From contig MHOE01000006.1 in the NCBI GenBank assembly GCA_001819985.1, forward strand, positions 25,934-82,692: a stretch of DNA of 56,759 bases. The letters are read 5' to 3'. This document shows positions 1-8,987 of this stretch, piece by piece. Origin of the DNA: Candidatus Spechtbacteria bacterium RIFCSPHIGHO2_02_FULL_43_15b (GTDB lineage: Bacteria; Patescibacteriota; Minisyncoccia; Spechtbacterales; HO2-43-30). The stretch's first letter is position 1. The number at the start of each line of letters is the position of its first letter. The notes under the pieces were generated by a model that saw nothing but the letters and a program-made list of their open reading frames with translations, ran no database searches and had not been told where the DNA came from. A program made the translations under genes and the position numbers.

Positions 1-1
1 A

Positions 2-184
2 GAGGAAGCAATTGGCATCGGATTCGATAAAATATCGCGAGATCCAAAAGTTATAGTTGTTATAGAATGGGCAGAGAGAATAAAAGAGATAATTTCTAAG
101 CCCTATTTTAATGTTAAATTCGAGCACATAGACAAAGATAAAAGGAAGATTACGGTAGAGGAAATAAAAAATGAAAAATACTAA
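2..184 (+). CDS. tsaE: C-terminal fragment of tRNA t6A modification ATPase TsaE (partial, runs off 5' edge)
   Basis: The open frame enters from the window edge and stops at TAA 182-184. The tail ...KVIVVIEWAERIKEII...KITVEEIKNEKY resembles the (I/V)EWxE C-terminal segment of TsaE/YjeE. Only about 60 aa are visible. It overlaps the polA start by 14 nt. Confidence 0.4.
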   Translation, partial: EEAIGIGFDKISRDPKVIVVIEWAERIKEIISKPYFNVKFEHIDKDKRKITVEEIKNEKY

Positions 185-2429
185 AAAGTTAATTATTTTA
201 GATTCAAACGCCATAGTACACAGATCATTTCACGCACTCCCCAATTTAAGAACAGCGAAAGGCGAGCTTGTGAACGCGGCTTACGGTTTTACATCAATTT
301 TACTTAAGGTGCTTAGAGAATTTGATCCCGAGTATATGGCGGCATCTTTCGATGTCGCCGGCAAAACTTTTCGAGACGAAGAGTTTGAAGGGTATAAGGC
401 GAAAAGACAGAAAGCTCCGGATGAATTATACGCGCAGATCCCGTTGATAAAAGAAATCTTAAGAGCTTTTAATATCCCAATTTACGAGAAAGAGGGGTTT
501 GAAGCGGACGATGTAATAGGGACGATTTCGGAAGCGGTATCAAACGGCAAGGATTACCGAGGAGTAGAGACGATAATAGTCAGCGGCGATCTTGATACAT
601 TGCAATTAGTGAACAAAAATACGAAAGTTTACACGATGAGGAAGGGCCTTAAGGACACGATTCTTTATGATGAGGAAGCTGTGGCAAAGAGATTTAATGG
701 GCTTAAACCTAGCCAGATGACGGATTTCAAAGGATTAAGAGGAGACCCGTCGGATAATATACCGGGCGTTCCCGGGATAGGGGAGAAGACGGCGATACAA
801 TTACTCATGGATTTCAAATCATTAGAGCTTATTTATAAAAATTTAGAAAACAACACGGAGCGGGCAGGAAAAATAAAGCCAAAACTGCTCGAAAAACTTA
901 CAAAATTCAAAGACCAGGCGTTTTTCAGCCGAGAACTGGCTACAATCAGAAAGGATGTTCCAATAGAGTTTAATGAGGAAGATTTGAAATGGAAAAATTT
1001 TAACGAAGAAAGCGTAAGGGACATCTTTAATAAACTGGACTTCAGGGCTTTTTTAAGGAGATTACCGAGTAGCTACAAATCGAAAGAATATGGAGATATA
1101 CCGCTGGAAGATCAAAATAAAAGAGTGGAGGGGGCCGCTATTTTTTCAGACAAAAACGACGAAGTATTGAAAAAAATAGATAATTTGTATGAGGAAGGAG
1201 TATTTTCGGATGAAGTAAAAGCGTTTGAGGAGAAACTCGTACCGGTTTTAAGGTATATGGAGAACGCCGGTATAAAGATAAATAAAATTTACTTCGCCGA
1301 GCTTTCTAGGGGCATAGAAAAAGATATAGAAAAATGCGGCGGAAGCATCTACTCCATATCCGGAAAAGATTTTAATATAAATTCTCCGAGTCAACTTTCG
1401 CGAGTTTTATTCGAAGAATTAAATGTGCCAAAAAAGGGTTTGAAAAAAACTCCCGGAGGCGTGGTATCAACGGCGGCGCCGGAACTTGAAAAATTGCAAG
1501 GATGCCATCCCGTGATAGAGCACCTGCTTAAATATCGGGAACTTCAAAAATTGTATTCAACATACATAAAGCCGATACCGCAACTCGCGGATAAAGCGGA
1601 TAGGATCCATACGAGCTTTGACCAATTCGGAGCGTCCACGGGTAGAATTTCTTCGTCCAGTCCGAACCTTCAGAATATACCCGTAAAAGGAGATTGGGGC
1701 CGGAGGATACGGTCGGGATTTATAGCGGAAGACGGGTTCAAATTTTTAGCGTTCGATTATTCACAGATAGAGTTGAGAATAGCGGCCCACATATCGAAAG
1801 ATCTAAAAATGACAGAGTTTTTCAATATGAGTAAGGACATTCATAAAATGACCGCGGCTGAAGTGTTTGGCGTTAGAGTGGAGGATGTGTCGCAAGAAAT
1901 GAGATACAAGGCGAAAGCATTGAACTTCGGGGTTTTATACGGAATGGGAGTTTCGGGGTTTTCAAAGAGTGCGGGAATATCAAGGGAAGAAGCGCAGAGT
2001 TTTATAGAAGGTTACTTTACGCGGTTTCCGTCAATTCGCGATTACATAGAGAAAACTAAAGAGTTCGCTCGGAAACATGGATACACGGAGACGCTATTGG
2101 GCAGGAAGAGGTATATGCCGGAAATAAATTCTTCGAATCCGGGGTTAAGGGCGCAAGCGGAAAGAATGGCTATAAATCACCCGATTCAGGGAACTGGAGC
2201 CGATATAATAAAGCTGGCAATGATAAGAGTTTTTCAAAATTTGGAATCAATAAGAGATGAATGCAGGATTTTGCTTCAAATACACGACGAATTGCTATTT
2301 GAATGCAGGGATGATAAAATAGAAGAGGCAACTTACAGTATAAAAACTGCAATGGAGAATATTTTTAAGCTCGCGGTTCCGCTTATAGTGGATGTTAAGA
2401 AAGGGGGCAACTGGGGCGTTTTGGAATAG
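171..2429 (+). CDS. polA: DNA polymerase I, 5'-3' exonuclease plus family-A polymerase domain, without a 3'-5' exonuclease domain
   Basis: 752-aa ORF. The N-terminus carries FEN/5'-nuclease motifs (GFEADDVIGT, SGDLDTLQL, GVPGIGEKTA). Polymerase motifs A (FDYSQIELRIAAH), B (RYKAKALNFGVLYGM) and C (LQIHDELLFE) are present. Confidence 0.92.
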   Translation: MKNTKKLIILDSNAIVHRSFHALPNLRTAKGELVNAAYGFTSILLKVLREFDPEYMAASFDVAGKTFRDEEFEGYKAKRQKAPDELYAQIPLIKEILRAFNIPIYEKEGFEADDVIGTISEAVSNGKDYRGVETIIVSGDLDTLQLVNKNTKVYTMRKGLKDTILYDEEAVAKRFNGLKPSQMTDFKGLRGDPSDNIPGVPGIGEKTAIQLLMDFKSLELIYKNLENNTERAGKIKPKLLEKLTKFKDQAFFSRELATIRKDVPIEFNEEDLKWKNFNEESVRDIFNKLDFRAFLRRLPSSYKSKEYGDIPLEDQNKRVEGAAIFSDKNDEVLKKIDNLYEEGVFSDEVKAFEEKLVPVLRYMENAGIKINKIYFAELSRGIEKDIEKCGGSIYSISGKDFNINSPSQLSRVLFEELNVPKKGLKKTPGGVVSTAAPELEKLQGCHPVIEHLLKYRELQKLYSTYIKPIPQLADKADRIHTSFDQFGASTGRISSSSPNLQNIPVKGDWGRRIRSGFIAEDGFKFLAFDYSQIELRIAAHISKDLKMTEFFNMSKDIHKMTAAEVFGVRVEDVSQEMRYKAKALNFGVLYGMGVSGFSKSAGISREEAQSFIEGYFTRFPSIRDYIEKTKEFARKHGYTETLLGRKRYMPEINSSNPGLRAQAERMAINHPIQGTGADIIKLAMIRVFQNLESIRDECRILLQIHDELLFECRDDKIEEATYSIKTAMENIFKLAVPLIVDVKKGGNWGVLE

Positions 2430-2510
2430 TTAAGATTATGCACTGGCGGTAGCGGCAATTTAGTTATTTTAATGTTAGAATGTTAAATATACGATTCTTC
2501 ACAAAAACAC

Positions 2511-3401
2511 ATGAGAATTAAAAAAACAAAAGTTCTATTAGTCGAAGATGAAGCTGGACTGCTCGAAATATTGGCGAACAAATTAAAACAAGAGGGCTAC
2601 GATGTGGATACGGCGCAAGACGGAGAAGAAGGAATTAAGAAAATGACACAACACGCGCCAGATATTGTTTTACTCGATATAATAATGCCTAAAGTCGGAG
2701 GGTTCGAAGTATTGGAAACCATGCATACCGATAAAGCGCTGAGTAAAATACCCGTTATTATAATTTCCAATTCGGGCCAACCCGTAGAAATAGAAAGAGC
2801 GAAAGCTCTCGGGGCGAAAGATTACTTAGTTAAGGCGGAGTTTGACCCTCAAGAAGTGCTTCAGAAAATGGAAGCAGTTCTTAGGGGTGGCGTGACGGGC
2901 AGAGGGGATGCTGTAGATGAATTAGCCCGCACCATACAGGAATCAGAAAAAGGCGAAAAAAATTTTTCAAAAGAAAACAAGGATAAAAGCGGGAAGGACG
3001 AAAAAATTTCGAGTAGCAAATCTTTAGCGGGCAGGAAAATATTAGTTGTTGAAGATGACCAGTTTCTTAGAGATCTTATCGTGAGAAAATTAGAGGACGA
3101 ATCCTTTGAAGTGCTTCAGGCGGTTGACGGTGAGGAGGGTTTAAGAGACGCAAAGGAGAATAAACCCGATATGGTGTTATTGGACTTAATATTACCCGGA
3201 ATAGACGGTTTTGAAGTTTTAAGAAATATGAAATCAGATAAAGAAATATCCGATATTCCTATTATAATACTCTCAAACCTTGGCCAAAGAGACGATATAG
3301 AGCAGGGGCTTAAACTTGGCGCTAGGGATTACCTTATTAAAGCACACTTTACGCCAGGGGAAATCGTTGCTAGAGTAAAAGAGATTTTAAGTAAAGAATG
3401 A
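2511..3401 (+). CDS. Response regulator with two tandem receiver (REC) domains and no output domain
   Basis: Two CheY-like repeats are present (KVLLVEDE...DIVLLDIIMP...YLVKA and KILVVEDD...DMVLLDLILP...YLIKA). They are joined by a K/E/S-rich linker. Confidence 0.8.
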   Translation: MRIKKTKVLLVEDEAGLLEILANKLKQEGYDVDTAQDGEEGIKKMTQHAPDIVLLDIIMPKVGGFEVLETMHTDKALSKIPVIIISNSGQPVEIERAKALGAKDYLVKAEFDPQEVLQKMEAVLRGGVTGRGDAVDELARTIQESEKGEKNFSKENKDKSGKDEKISSSKSLAGRKILVVEDDQFLRDLIVRKLEDESFEVLQAVDGEEGLRDAKENKPDMVLLDLILPGIDGFEVLRNMKSDKEISDIPIIILSNLGQRDDIEQGLKLGARDYLIKAHFTPGEIVARVKEILSKE

Positions 3402-4510
3402 AGCCATATATAAATAAGCAAAACATTTTAGTATTTGCGTGTTTTTGTTTACTGTTTATAACGGGCGTGTTTTATTTTGCATTTACAAACGATTTTGGAT
3501 ATAGAACCACTACTATCATTGGCAGGGATAGTACAGATACAGAAAAAGAACAGCTCGAATCAAACGAAAATTCAGGTAAAAGCTTCAAATCCCCCCCAAA
3601 TACCATAAGTGGTACGGAATGTGAAAATTATAACAGGCGGCCTTTTGCCGTTATGATAGCTGAAGATGCGGAAGCTCGCGACCTTTCAGGCATTGGATCC
3701 GCGGATCTTGTTATAGAAATGCCGGTAGTGACAGGTTCTATAACAAGAATGATGGCATTATTCGTATGCGAAAATGTAAAAGAGATAGGGTCGGTTAGAT
3801 CCGCTCGTCATGATTTTGTACCTCTCGCTTTGGGTTATGACGCGATATTGGCTCATTGGGGGGGGTCGAATATGGCGCTGGCAGAAACGGATAAAATAGA
3901 CAATCTCGACGCGATGGTAAATTACTACGATAGTTTCTATAGAAAAAAATGGATTCCGGCGCCGCACAACGGTTTTACGGACACGGGAAGATTAACTAAT
4001 GCCGCTAGTAAATTGGGGTATAGATTAGTTAGTGAATTTAGCGGATACAAATTTTTAGAAAATCCAGAATCTCTCCAGTCCAGCAATGTTTCTGATGGCG
4101 GGGAAGTATCAAATCCCAAGCAAGCGCAAAACAAAAAGTTAAGCATAGGGTACCGTTCGCCTTATGATGTTATGTACGATTATGACTATAAAACCAATTC
4201 GTATTTAAGATGGCGCGATGGGAAGAAAGAGATTGACACTCTGACTGGTAGCCAAGTAGAAGTGAAAAATATTGCAGTTATGCGCGCGGCATCGAGGCAG
4301 ATCGGGGATGGTTATAACGATGTTGATGTTATTGGCAATGGGAAAGCCGTTGTTTACAGGAACGGCGATGAAATAGAAGGTACTTGGGTAAAAAAGACGG
4401 ACACCGATGTCTTAAAATTTTATAATAAAGAGGGCATGGAAGTAGAATTTGTTAAAGGTAAGATTTGGGTAAATGTAGCGGAATTGAACACGCGCGTCGT
4501 TTACGAGTAG
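3398..4510 (+). CDS. DUF3048 (YerB-like) membrane-anchored protein
   Basis: There is an N-terminal hydrophobic anchor. The segment RPFAVMIAEDAEARDLSGIGSADLVIEMPVVTGSITRMMALF matches my recollection of the DUF3048 N-domain signature. The ATGA start overlaps the stop of the upstream gene. Confidence 0.6.
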   Translation: MKPYINKQNILVFACFCLLFITGVFYFAFTNDFGYRTTTIIGRDSTDTEKEQLESNENSGKSFKSPPNTISGTECENYNRRPFAVMIAEDAEARDLSGIGSADLVIEMPVVTGSITRMMALFVCENVKEIGSVRSARHDFVPLALGYDAILAHWGGSNMALAETDKIDNLDAMVNYYDSFYRKKWIPAPHNGFTDTGRLTNAASKLGYRLVSEFSGYKFLENPESLQSSNVSDGGEVSNPKQAQNKKLSIGYRSPYDVMYDYDYKTNSYLRWRDGKKEIDTLTGSQVEVKNIAVMRAASRQIGDGYNDVDVIGNGKAVVYRNGDEIEGTWVKKTDTDVLKFYNKEGMEVEFVKGKIWVNVAELNTRVVYE

Positions 4511-4519
4511 TTTTAACTT

Positions 4520-5476
4520 ATGATAATTTTTCTCTATGGCCACGACACTTATAGGGCCGGACAAAAAGCAAAAGAGATTATAGCCGGGTACGAAGATATT
4601 CATAAAAGCGGCCTCAACCTGCGCTTTTTTGATTTCGAAGACAGCGCTTTCGGGGATTTCAAAAATGCGGCTGAATCAGTTTCTATGTTTAACGAAAAAA
4701 AACTTTTGGTTCTTAAAAACAGTTTTTGTTCAAAAGATTTTGTAAACGATTTTTTGTCATGGGGCGGGAAAGAAGGCATTGCGGTTTCAAAAGACATAAT
4801 TTGTTTATTTATGGAAGTAACAGCCGATAAGTCGAGCGACATATTCAAATGGCTTGCGGGTAACGCAAGGTGTCAGGAATTTAACGAGCTTAAAGGCACA
4901 AAATTAAAAAATTGGAGCGTGGATTTCGCGAAGCAAAAAGGAATCTTAATGGAATCTATCGTGGCGGAAAGATTGATTTTTTATACGGGCGGAGATTTAT
5001 ACGCCCTTCACAACGAAATTTCAAAAATAGCGTCTTATGTCTTAGAGAGGTCCGGATCTAAAACGGCGACAGAAGGCGACTTGAATATTTTAATAAAACC
5101 AAAGCTCGAGACCCACATATTTTCTCTCGTGGATTCGTTTGTGGAAAAAGACAAAAAGAAGGCGTTAAGGCTTTTGCACGGCCATATAGAGGCGGGGGAT
5201 AATGAGATGATGATTTTTTCAATGATTCAAACGCAATTTAGAAACATCGCCGCGATAAAAGATTTAATCGACGCGGGAGAAAAGGATTCTTACAGGATTT
5301 CAAAAATTTTAGGAATTCATCCCTATGTTGCGAAAAAAGGTATGTGGCAATCCGCGAGGATGGATAAACGGGAAATAAAAAATATCTACAAAAAATTTGT
5401 AGATACGGAGATAAAAGTAAAGACAAGTGAACTAAGTTTGAAATCGGGAATGGAGAATTTGTTGTTTGAGAGCTAG
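4520..5476 (+). CDS. holA: DNA polymerase III delta subunit
   Basis: 318 aa. It has the typical HolA N-terminus (MIIFLYGHDTYR...), an overall clamp-loader delta layout and a helical C-terminal domain. Confidence 0.7.
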   Translation: MIIFLYGHDTYRAGQKAKEIIAGYEDIHKSGLNLRFFDFEDSAFGDFKNAAESVSMFNEKKLLVLKNSFCSKDFVNDFLSWGGKEGIAVSKDIICLFMEVTADKSSDIFKWLAGNARCQEFNELKGTKLKNWSVDFAKQKGILMESIVAERLIFYTGGDLYALHNEISKIASYVLERSGSKTATEGDLNILIKPKLETHIFSLVDSFVEKDKKKALRLLHGHIEAGDNEMMIFSMIQTQFRNIAAIKDLIDAGEKDSYRISKILGIHPYVAKKGMWQSARMDKREIKNIYKKFVDTEIKVKTSELSLKSGMENLLFES

Positions 5477-5766
5477 TTTTTTGGAGTGTTTTTTGCCTCC
5501 GGAGCGGGTTTTGGATTAAGTTTTTTGGCGACTACGGATTTCCTTCTCGACGCGGTATTCTTTTTTATAACTCCGACCTTAGCGGCTTTATCCACCGCTT
5601 TATAAAATTTCGGCAGAATTTTTTTTAACTCTTCCTGATTTTTTTCTTTCGCGAAAGCAAGCGCTCTTTTCATAAGGGTTTTTATTTTGTCTTTATATTT
5701 GAGATTTCTTTTCTTTCTCGTCTTGCTTTGGCGCAGGGCCTTTTTAGCTGATTGCGTGATGGGCAT
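5473..5766 (-). CDS. rpsT: 30S ribosomal protein S20
   Basis: The MPITQSAKKALRQSKTRKKRN... N-terminus is a basic helical protein typical of bS20. Confidence 0.9.
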   Translation of the reverse strand: MPITQSAKKALRQSKTRKKRNLKYKDKIKTLMKRALAFAKEKNQEELKKILPKFYKAVDKAAKVGVIKKNTASRRKSVVAKKLNPKPAPEAKNTPKN

Positions 5767-5902
5767 ATATTTGTTTTTAGCAGAAAGTCCGATTTAAGTC
5801 AATGATTTGTGCATGTGGAAATATAGGAAACAGCATTTTACGGCTAATTACAACTAATATTGGCTTTTTAGAGCCATTTTTTGTGGTGAACTAAATTTTC
5901 CG

Positions 5903-5931
5903 TTGACATAATATCTTTTTTTTGGTATGAT
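5903..5931 (+). promoter_or_regulatory. Near-consensus sigma70-type promoter (TTGACA, 17-nt spacer, TATGAT, with TG at the extended -10 position)
   Basis: -35 TTGACA lies at 5903-5908. The spacer is 5909-5925 (17 nt). -10 TATGAT lies at 5926-5931 and is preceded by TGg. It sits about 29 nt upstream of the small ORF at 5960. Confidence 0.5.
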
Positions 5932-5959
5932 AGAGATATAAAATGTAAGGAGGGGAAAA

Positions 5960-6097
5960 ATGCGGATAGTTATTTTTTTCTCCACGCTGATTTTTTTGGT
6001 AGGCGTATGGCTGGCGACACCGGATACGGTGTACGCCCCCGCCACAGAAGATGACGCGGCGGTCACCGCCGCGGTAATGCTCGTCAACGACGAGTGA
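5960..6097 (+). CDS. 45-aa small hydrophobic/secreted peptide (hypothetical), below the ORF-track size cutoff
   Basis: ATG 5960 is preceded by SD AAGGAGG (5947-5953, 6-nt spacing). Translation: MRIVIFFSTLIFLVGVWLATPDTVYAPATEDDAAVTAAVMLVNDE. It has its own promoter upstream and a terminator hairpin directly after the TGA stop. Confidence 0.45.
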   Translation: MRIVIFFSTLIFLVGVWLATPDTVYAPATEDDAAVTAAVMLVNDE

Positions 6098-6128
6098 AAC
6101 CCCTGTTAATATACGGGGGTTTTGTTTT
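6097..6128 (+). terminator. Rho-independent terminator
   Basis: The stem ACCCCTG/CGGGGGT (with one G-U pair) encloses an 8-nt loop and is followed by TTTTGTTTT. It lies between the small ORF and the convergent truB stop. Confidence 0.5.
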
Positions 6129-6807
6129 ATTTCGCTATAAGTTCTTCTAAGTTTACGGCATCTTTCAAGACATACTTTCCGATTTTGGTGCGTATTAGCT
6201 TTTCCAAATATGCGCCACAGCCGTTTCGTTGGCGTGAGGATTTGGATGGCGCGGCAAGCTGTTTTCCAATGTCTCGTGCGAGCGCGCGAATATAAGTGCC
6301 GGAAGAACAATTTATTTTAAGCTGAAGCATGGGCCATTTATAATTTAGAACCTCAATGCCGTAAATCTTTATTTTTCTCGGCGCCAGTTTTACCTCCTTG
6401 CCGTCTCTTGCAAGTTCATACGCTTTCCTGCCGTGAATTTTAAGCGCGGAATATGCCGGAGGAACCTGATTGATTTCTCCGATAAAGTTTTTCAATATTC
6501 TCCGTATCAACACGGGTCGAACCTGTGTGGCGTTGGTAGGGACTATACTGCCAGTCAAATCCCCAGTATCACTTTCAGCCCCAAGCCGTAAGGTGGCTAT
6601 GTATTCTTTATCTAATTTTATAAATTCGACCTGCCTTTTTGTCGCTTCTCTGCCGACAAGTACTATCAAAAGCCCCTCGGCAAAAGGGTCTAGTGTTCCC
6701 GCGTGTCCCACTCGTTTTTCACCCGTGATTTTACGGACTTGGTCAACAATATCGTGCGAGGTTGGGCCGGAGGGTTTGAGAATAAGCAGGATATTATTTT
6801 TCACCAT
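6127..6807 (-). CDS. truB: tRNA pseudouridine-55 synthase
   Basis: It carries the GHAGTLDPFAEGLL catalytic Asp motif and the TruB family layout. Confidence 0.9.
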   Translation of the reverse strand: MVKNNILLILKPSGPTSHDIVDQVRKITGEKRVGHAGTLDPFAEGLLIVLVGREATKRQVEFIKLDKEYIATLRLGAESDTGDLTGSIVPTNATQVRPVLIRRILKNFIGEINQVPPAYSALKIHGRKAYELARDGKEVKLAPRKIKIYGIEVLNYKWPMLQLKINCSSGTYIRALARDIGKQLAAPSKSSRQRNGCGAYLEKLIRTKIGKYVLKDAVNLEELIAK

Positions 6808-8848
6808 AAAAATTTTTAATCTTATCTCTAAATTCAGCGGCTTTCTCGAAATCTAGATTTTTAGCCGCTTTTTTCATTTCTTTTTCAAGGTATTTTAATG
6901 AAGCGCTGTCAAGCTCTGTGAATTGACCCTTGCCTCTGGATACTAATTTGTAATTCGTCTCAGTTACGATATCCAGTTCTTCGAGCGGCTTCTCGATGGT
7001 TTTGGGCGTAATGCCGCGGTCCTTGTTGTATTTTTCTTGTATTTTTCTTCGCCTTTCAGTTTCTTTTATAGCCCGTTTCATCGATTCGGTAATATTGTCA
7101 GCGTACATTATGACTCGTCCTTCAATATGCCTCGCGGCTCGTCCCATTGTCTGAATTAGAGTGGTGTCGTTCCGCAAAAAACCCTCCTTGTCGGCATCTA
7201 ATATCGCGACTAGGGCGACTTCGGGCAAATCCAGCCCCTCTCTTAAAAGATTTATTCCAACAACAACATCATACTTTCCAGAACGCAAATCGTGAAGAAT
7301 TTTTGGGCGTTCGAGCGTATGAATTTCAGAATGAAGATAATACGCTTTGATACCCCGCTCCACAAAATATTCGGCTATGTCCTCAGCGAGGCGCTTCGTT
7401 ATAGTAGTCACAAGCACTCGCTGATTTTTAAGCACTCCTTTTTGTATCTCCTTAACTAAATCACCCATCTGATTTTTAGACGGCCGTATTTCTATTTGAG
7501 GATCAAGTAATCCCGTGGGCCTCACCAGTTGCTCGATTATGTGAGATTCCCGTCTTCCCACATGAGATTTGGAGATTTCACATTCATATTGCGCGGGGGT
7601 GGCGGAGACATAAATAGTTTGGCCGATTCTTTGCTGAAATTCATCGAAAGTGAGAGGTCTGTTGTCTAGGGCAGATGGGAGTCTGAAGCCGTAATCAACA
7701 AGCGCTTGTTTTCGAGATCTATCCCCAAAGTACATTCCTCTTATTTGAGGGATTGTCATATGAGATTCGTCTATAAAGGTTAAAAATCCTAAATCGTCGG
7801 CGGCGTATTGGGCGCGGTGGTCACGGTTTTCGGGAGACCCGAATTTTGATGAATTAGCGGCGTGGCCGAAATAATCAAGAAGCGTGTACGGCGCTTCGCC
7901 CGGATATCTTGCATCAAGATGGCGGGAGTAGTTTTCAATTCCATGACAAAAACCGGTCTGTTCTAAAAGTTCCAGGTCGAAATTCGTTCTCTGTTCGAGT
8001 CTTTGCGCTTCTAAAAGTTTTTTTTGCGAATTAAGCTGTTTGATATGCTGATGAAGTTCGTTTCTTATATTAGCTATAGCGATTTTTTGAGTATCGTCAG
8101 GCGTAGCCCAAAAGGATGCGGGGAATATAAGAACTGTGTTTACCGGATAGGATTTGGAGCCAAGCGACGGAACACTAAATCGTAAGTCCTGAATGCCAGA
8201 ACTGTTTAATTCAATACTTATAATTTTAGTTCCTGTAGTCGGGAAAATTTCTACAGTGCTTGTTCTCGACCGAAACTGGCCGGGCCTTAAATCTATCTGA
8301 TTTCTAGAATATCCGAGTAGCACCAAGTGATTCAGAAGTTCTTTTCTTGCTATGTTTTGTCCTTGAGATAACGCCAAGCTCAAGTTTTCATAGTTTGCGG
8401 GAGAGCCAATATTGTATATGCAGGATACGGAAGCTACTATTATAACATCACGCCTAGTTAGCAAATCTTGGGTCGCCGCGTGTCTCATTTGGTCTATCTT
8501 TTCGTTTATTTTAGCGTCCTTTTCTATATATGTGTCGGATTGAGGAATATACGCCTCCGGTTGATAGTAGTCATAGTAGCTTACGAAATAATGAACCGCG
8601 TTTTCCGGGAAGAATTCCTTAAACTCTTTATACAACTGCCAAGCTAGAGTTTTATTGTGCGAAATAACTAGGGCGGGGTGGTTTATCTTTTCTATAACAT
8701 TCGCCATAGTGAAGGTTTTTCCCGATCCGGTTACGCCCAAAAGCACCTGGTTTTTTGCGCCGGATAAAACGCCCTCGGACAATTTTTGTACGGCATCTGG
8801 TTGGTCGCCCGCAGGTACAAAGTTAGATTTTAGTTTGAATCTTGACAT
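6794..8848 (-). CDS. uvrB: Excinuclease ABC subunit B
   Basis: It has Walker A GVTGSGKTFT, helicase motifs, and the C-terminal UvrB motif LDFEKAAEFRDKI. Confidence 0.95.
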   Translation of the reverse strand: MSRFKLKSNFVPAGDQPDAVQKLSEGVLSGAKNQVLLGVTGSGKTFTMANVIEKINHPALVISHNKTLAWQLYKEFKEFFPENAVHYFVSYYDYYQPEAYIPQSDTYIEKDAKINEKIDQMRHAATQDLLTRRDVIIVASVSCIYNIGSPANYENLSLALSQGQNIARKELLNHLVLLGYSRNQIDLRPGQFRSRTSTVEIFPTTGTKIISIELNSSGIQDLRFSVPSLGSKSYPVNTVLIFPASFWATPDDTQKIAIANIRNELHQHIKQLNSQKKLLEAQRLEQRTNFDLELLEQTGFCHGIENYSRHLDARYPGEAPYTLLDYFGHAANSSKFGSPENRDHRAQYAADDLGFLTFIDESHMTIPQIRGMYFGDRSRKQALVDYGFRLPSALDNRPLTFDEFQQRIGQTIYVSATPAQYECEISKSHVGRRESHIIEQLVRPTGLLDPQIEIRPSKNQMGDLVKEIQKGVLKNQRVLVTTITKRLAEDIAEYFVERGIKAYYLHSEIHTLERPKILHDLRSGKYDVVVGINLLREGLDLPEVALVAILDADKEGFLRNDTTLIQTMGRAARHIEGRVIMYADNITESMKRAIKETERRRKIQEKYNKDRGITPKTIEKPLEELDIVTETNYKLVSRGKGQFTELDSASLKYLEKEMKKAAKNLDFEKAAEFRDKIKNFYGEK

Positions 8849-8925
8849 AACGGTTAGTTTGTTATTTTAGCAGATTACTTTGGAGCTTGCAATAAAATAA
8901 ATTCAACCAATAAAAATAATCTAAG

Positions 8926-8953
8926 ACAAAAAATACCCGAGAAAATCTCGGGT
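8926..8953 (-). terminator. Rho-independent terminator of the glycosidase operon
   Basis: The hairpin ACCCGAG-aaaat-CTCGGGT (8935-8953) is followed on the minus strand by a U-tract (forward aaaaaat, 8927-8933). Confidence 0.55.
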
Positions 8954-8987
8954 ATAATTCGATAGTATTTGCTTAAAATTATCAGTT

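Noticed and set aside
5854-6310. ORF-track entries 5854-6087 and 5891-6310 on the minus strand.
   Set aside because: They lie antisense to, or overlap, the promoter, small ORF and terminator unit and the truB 3' end. They have no RBS and a low-complexity, unnatural composition. They are shadow ORFs.
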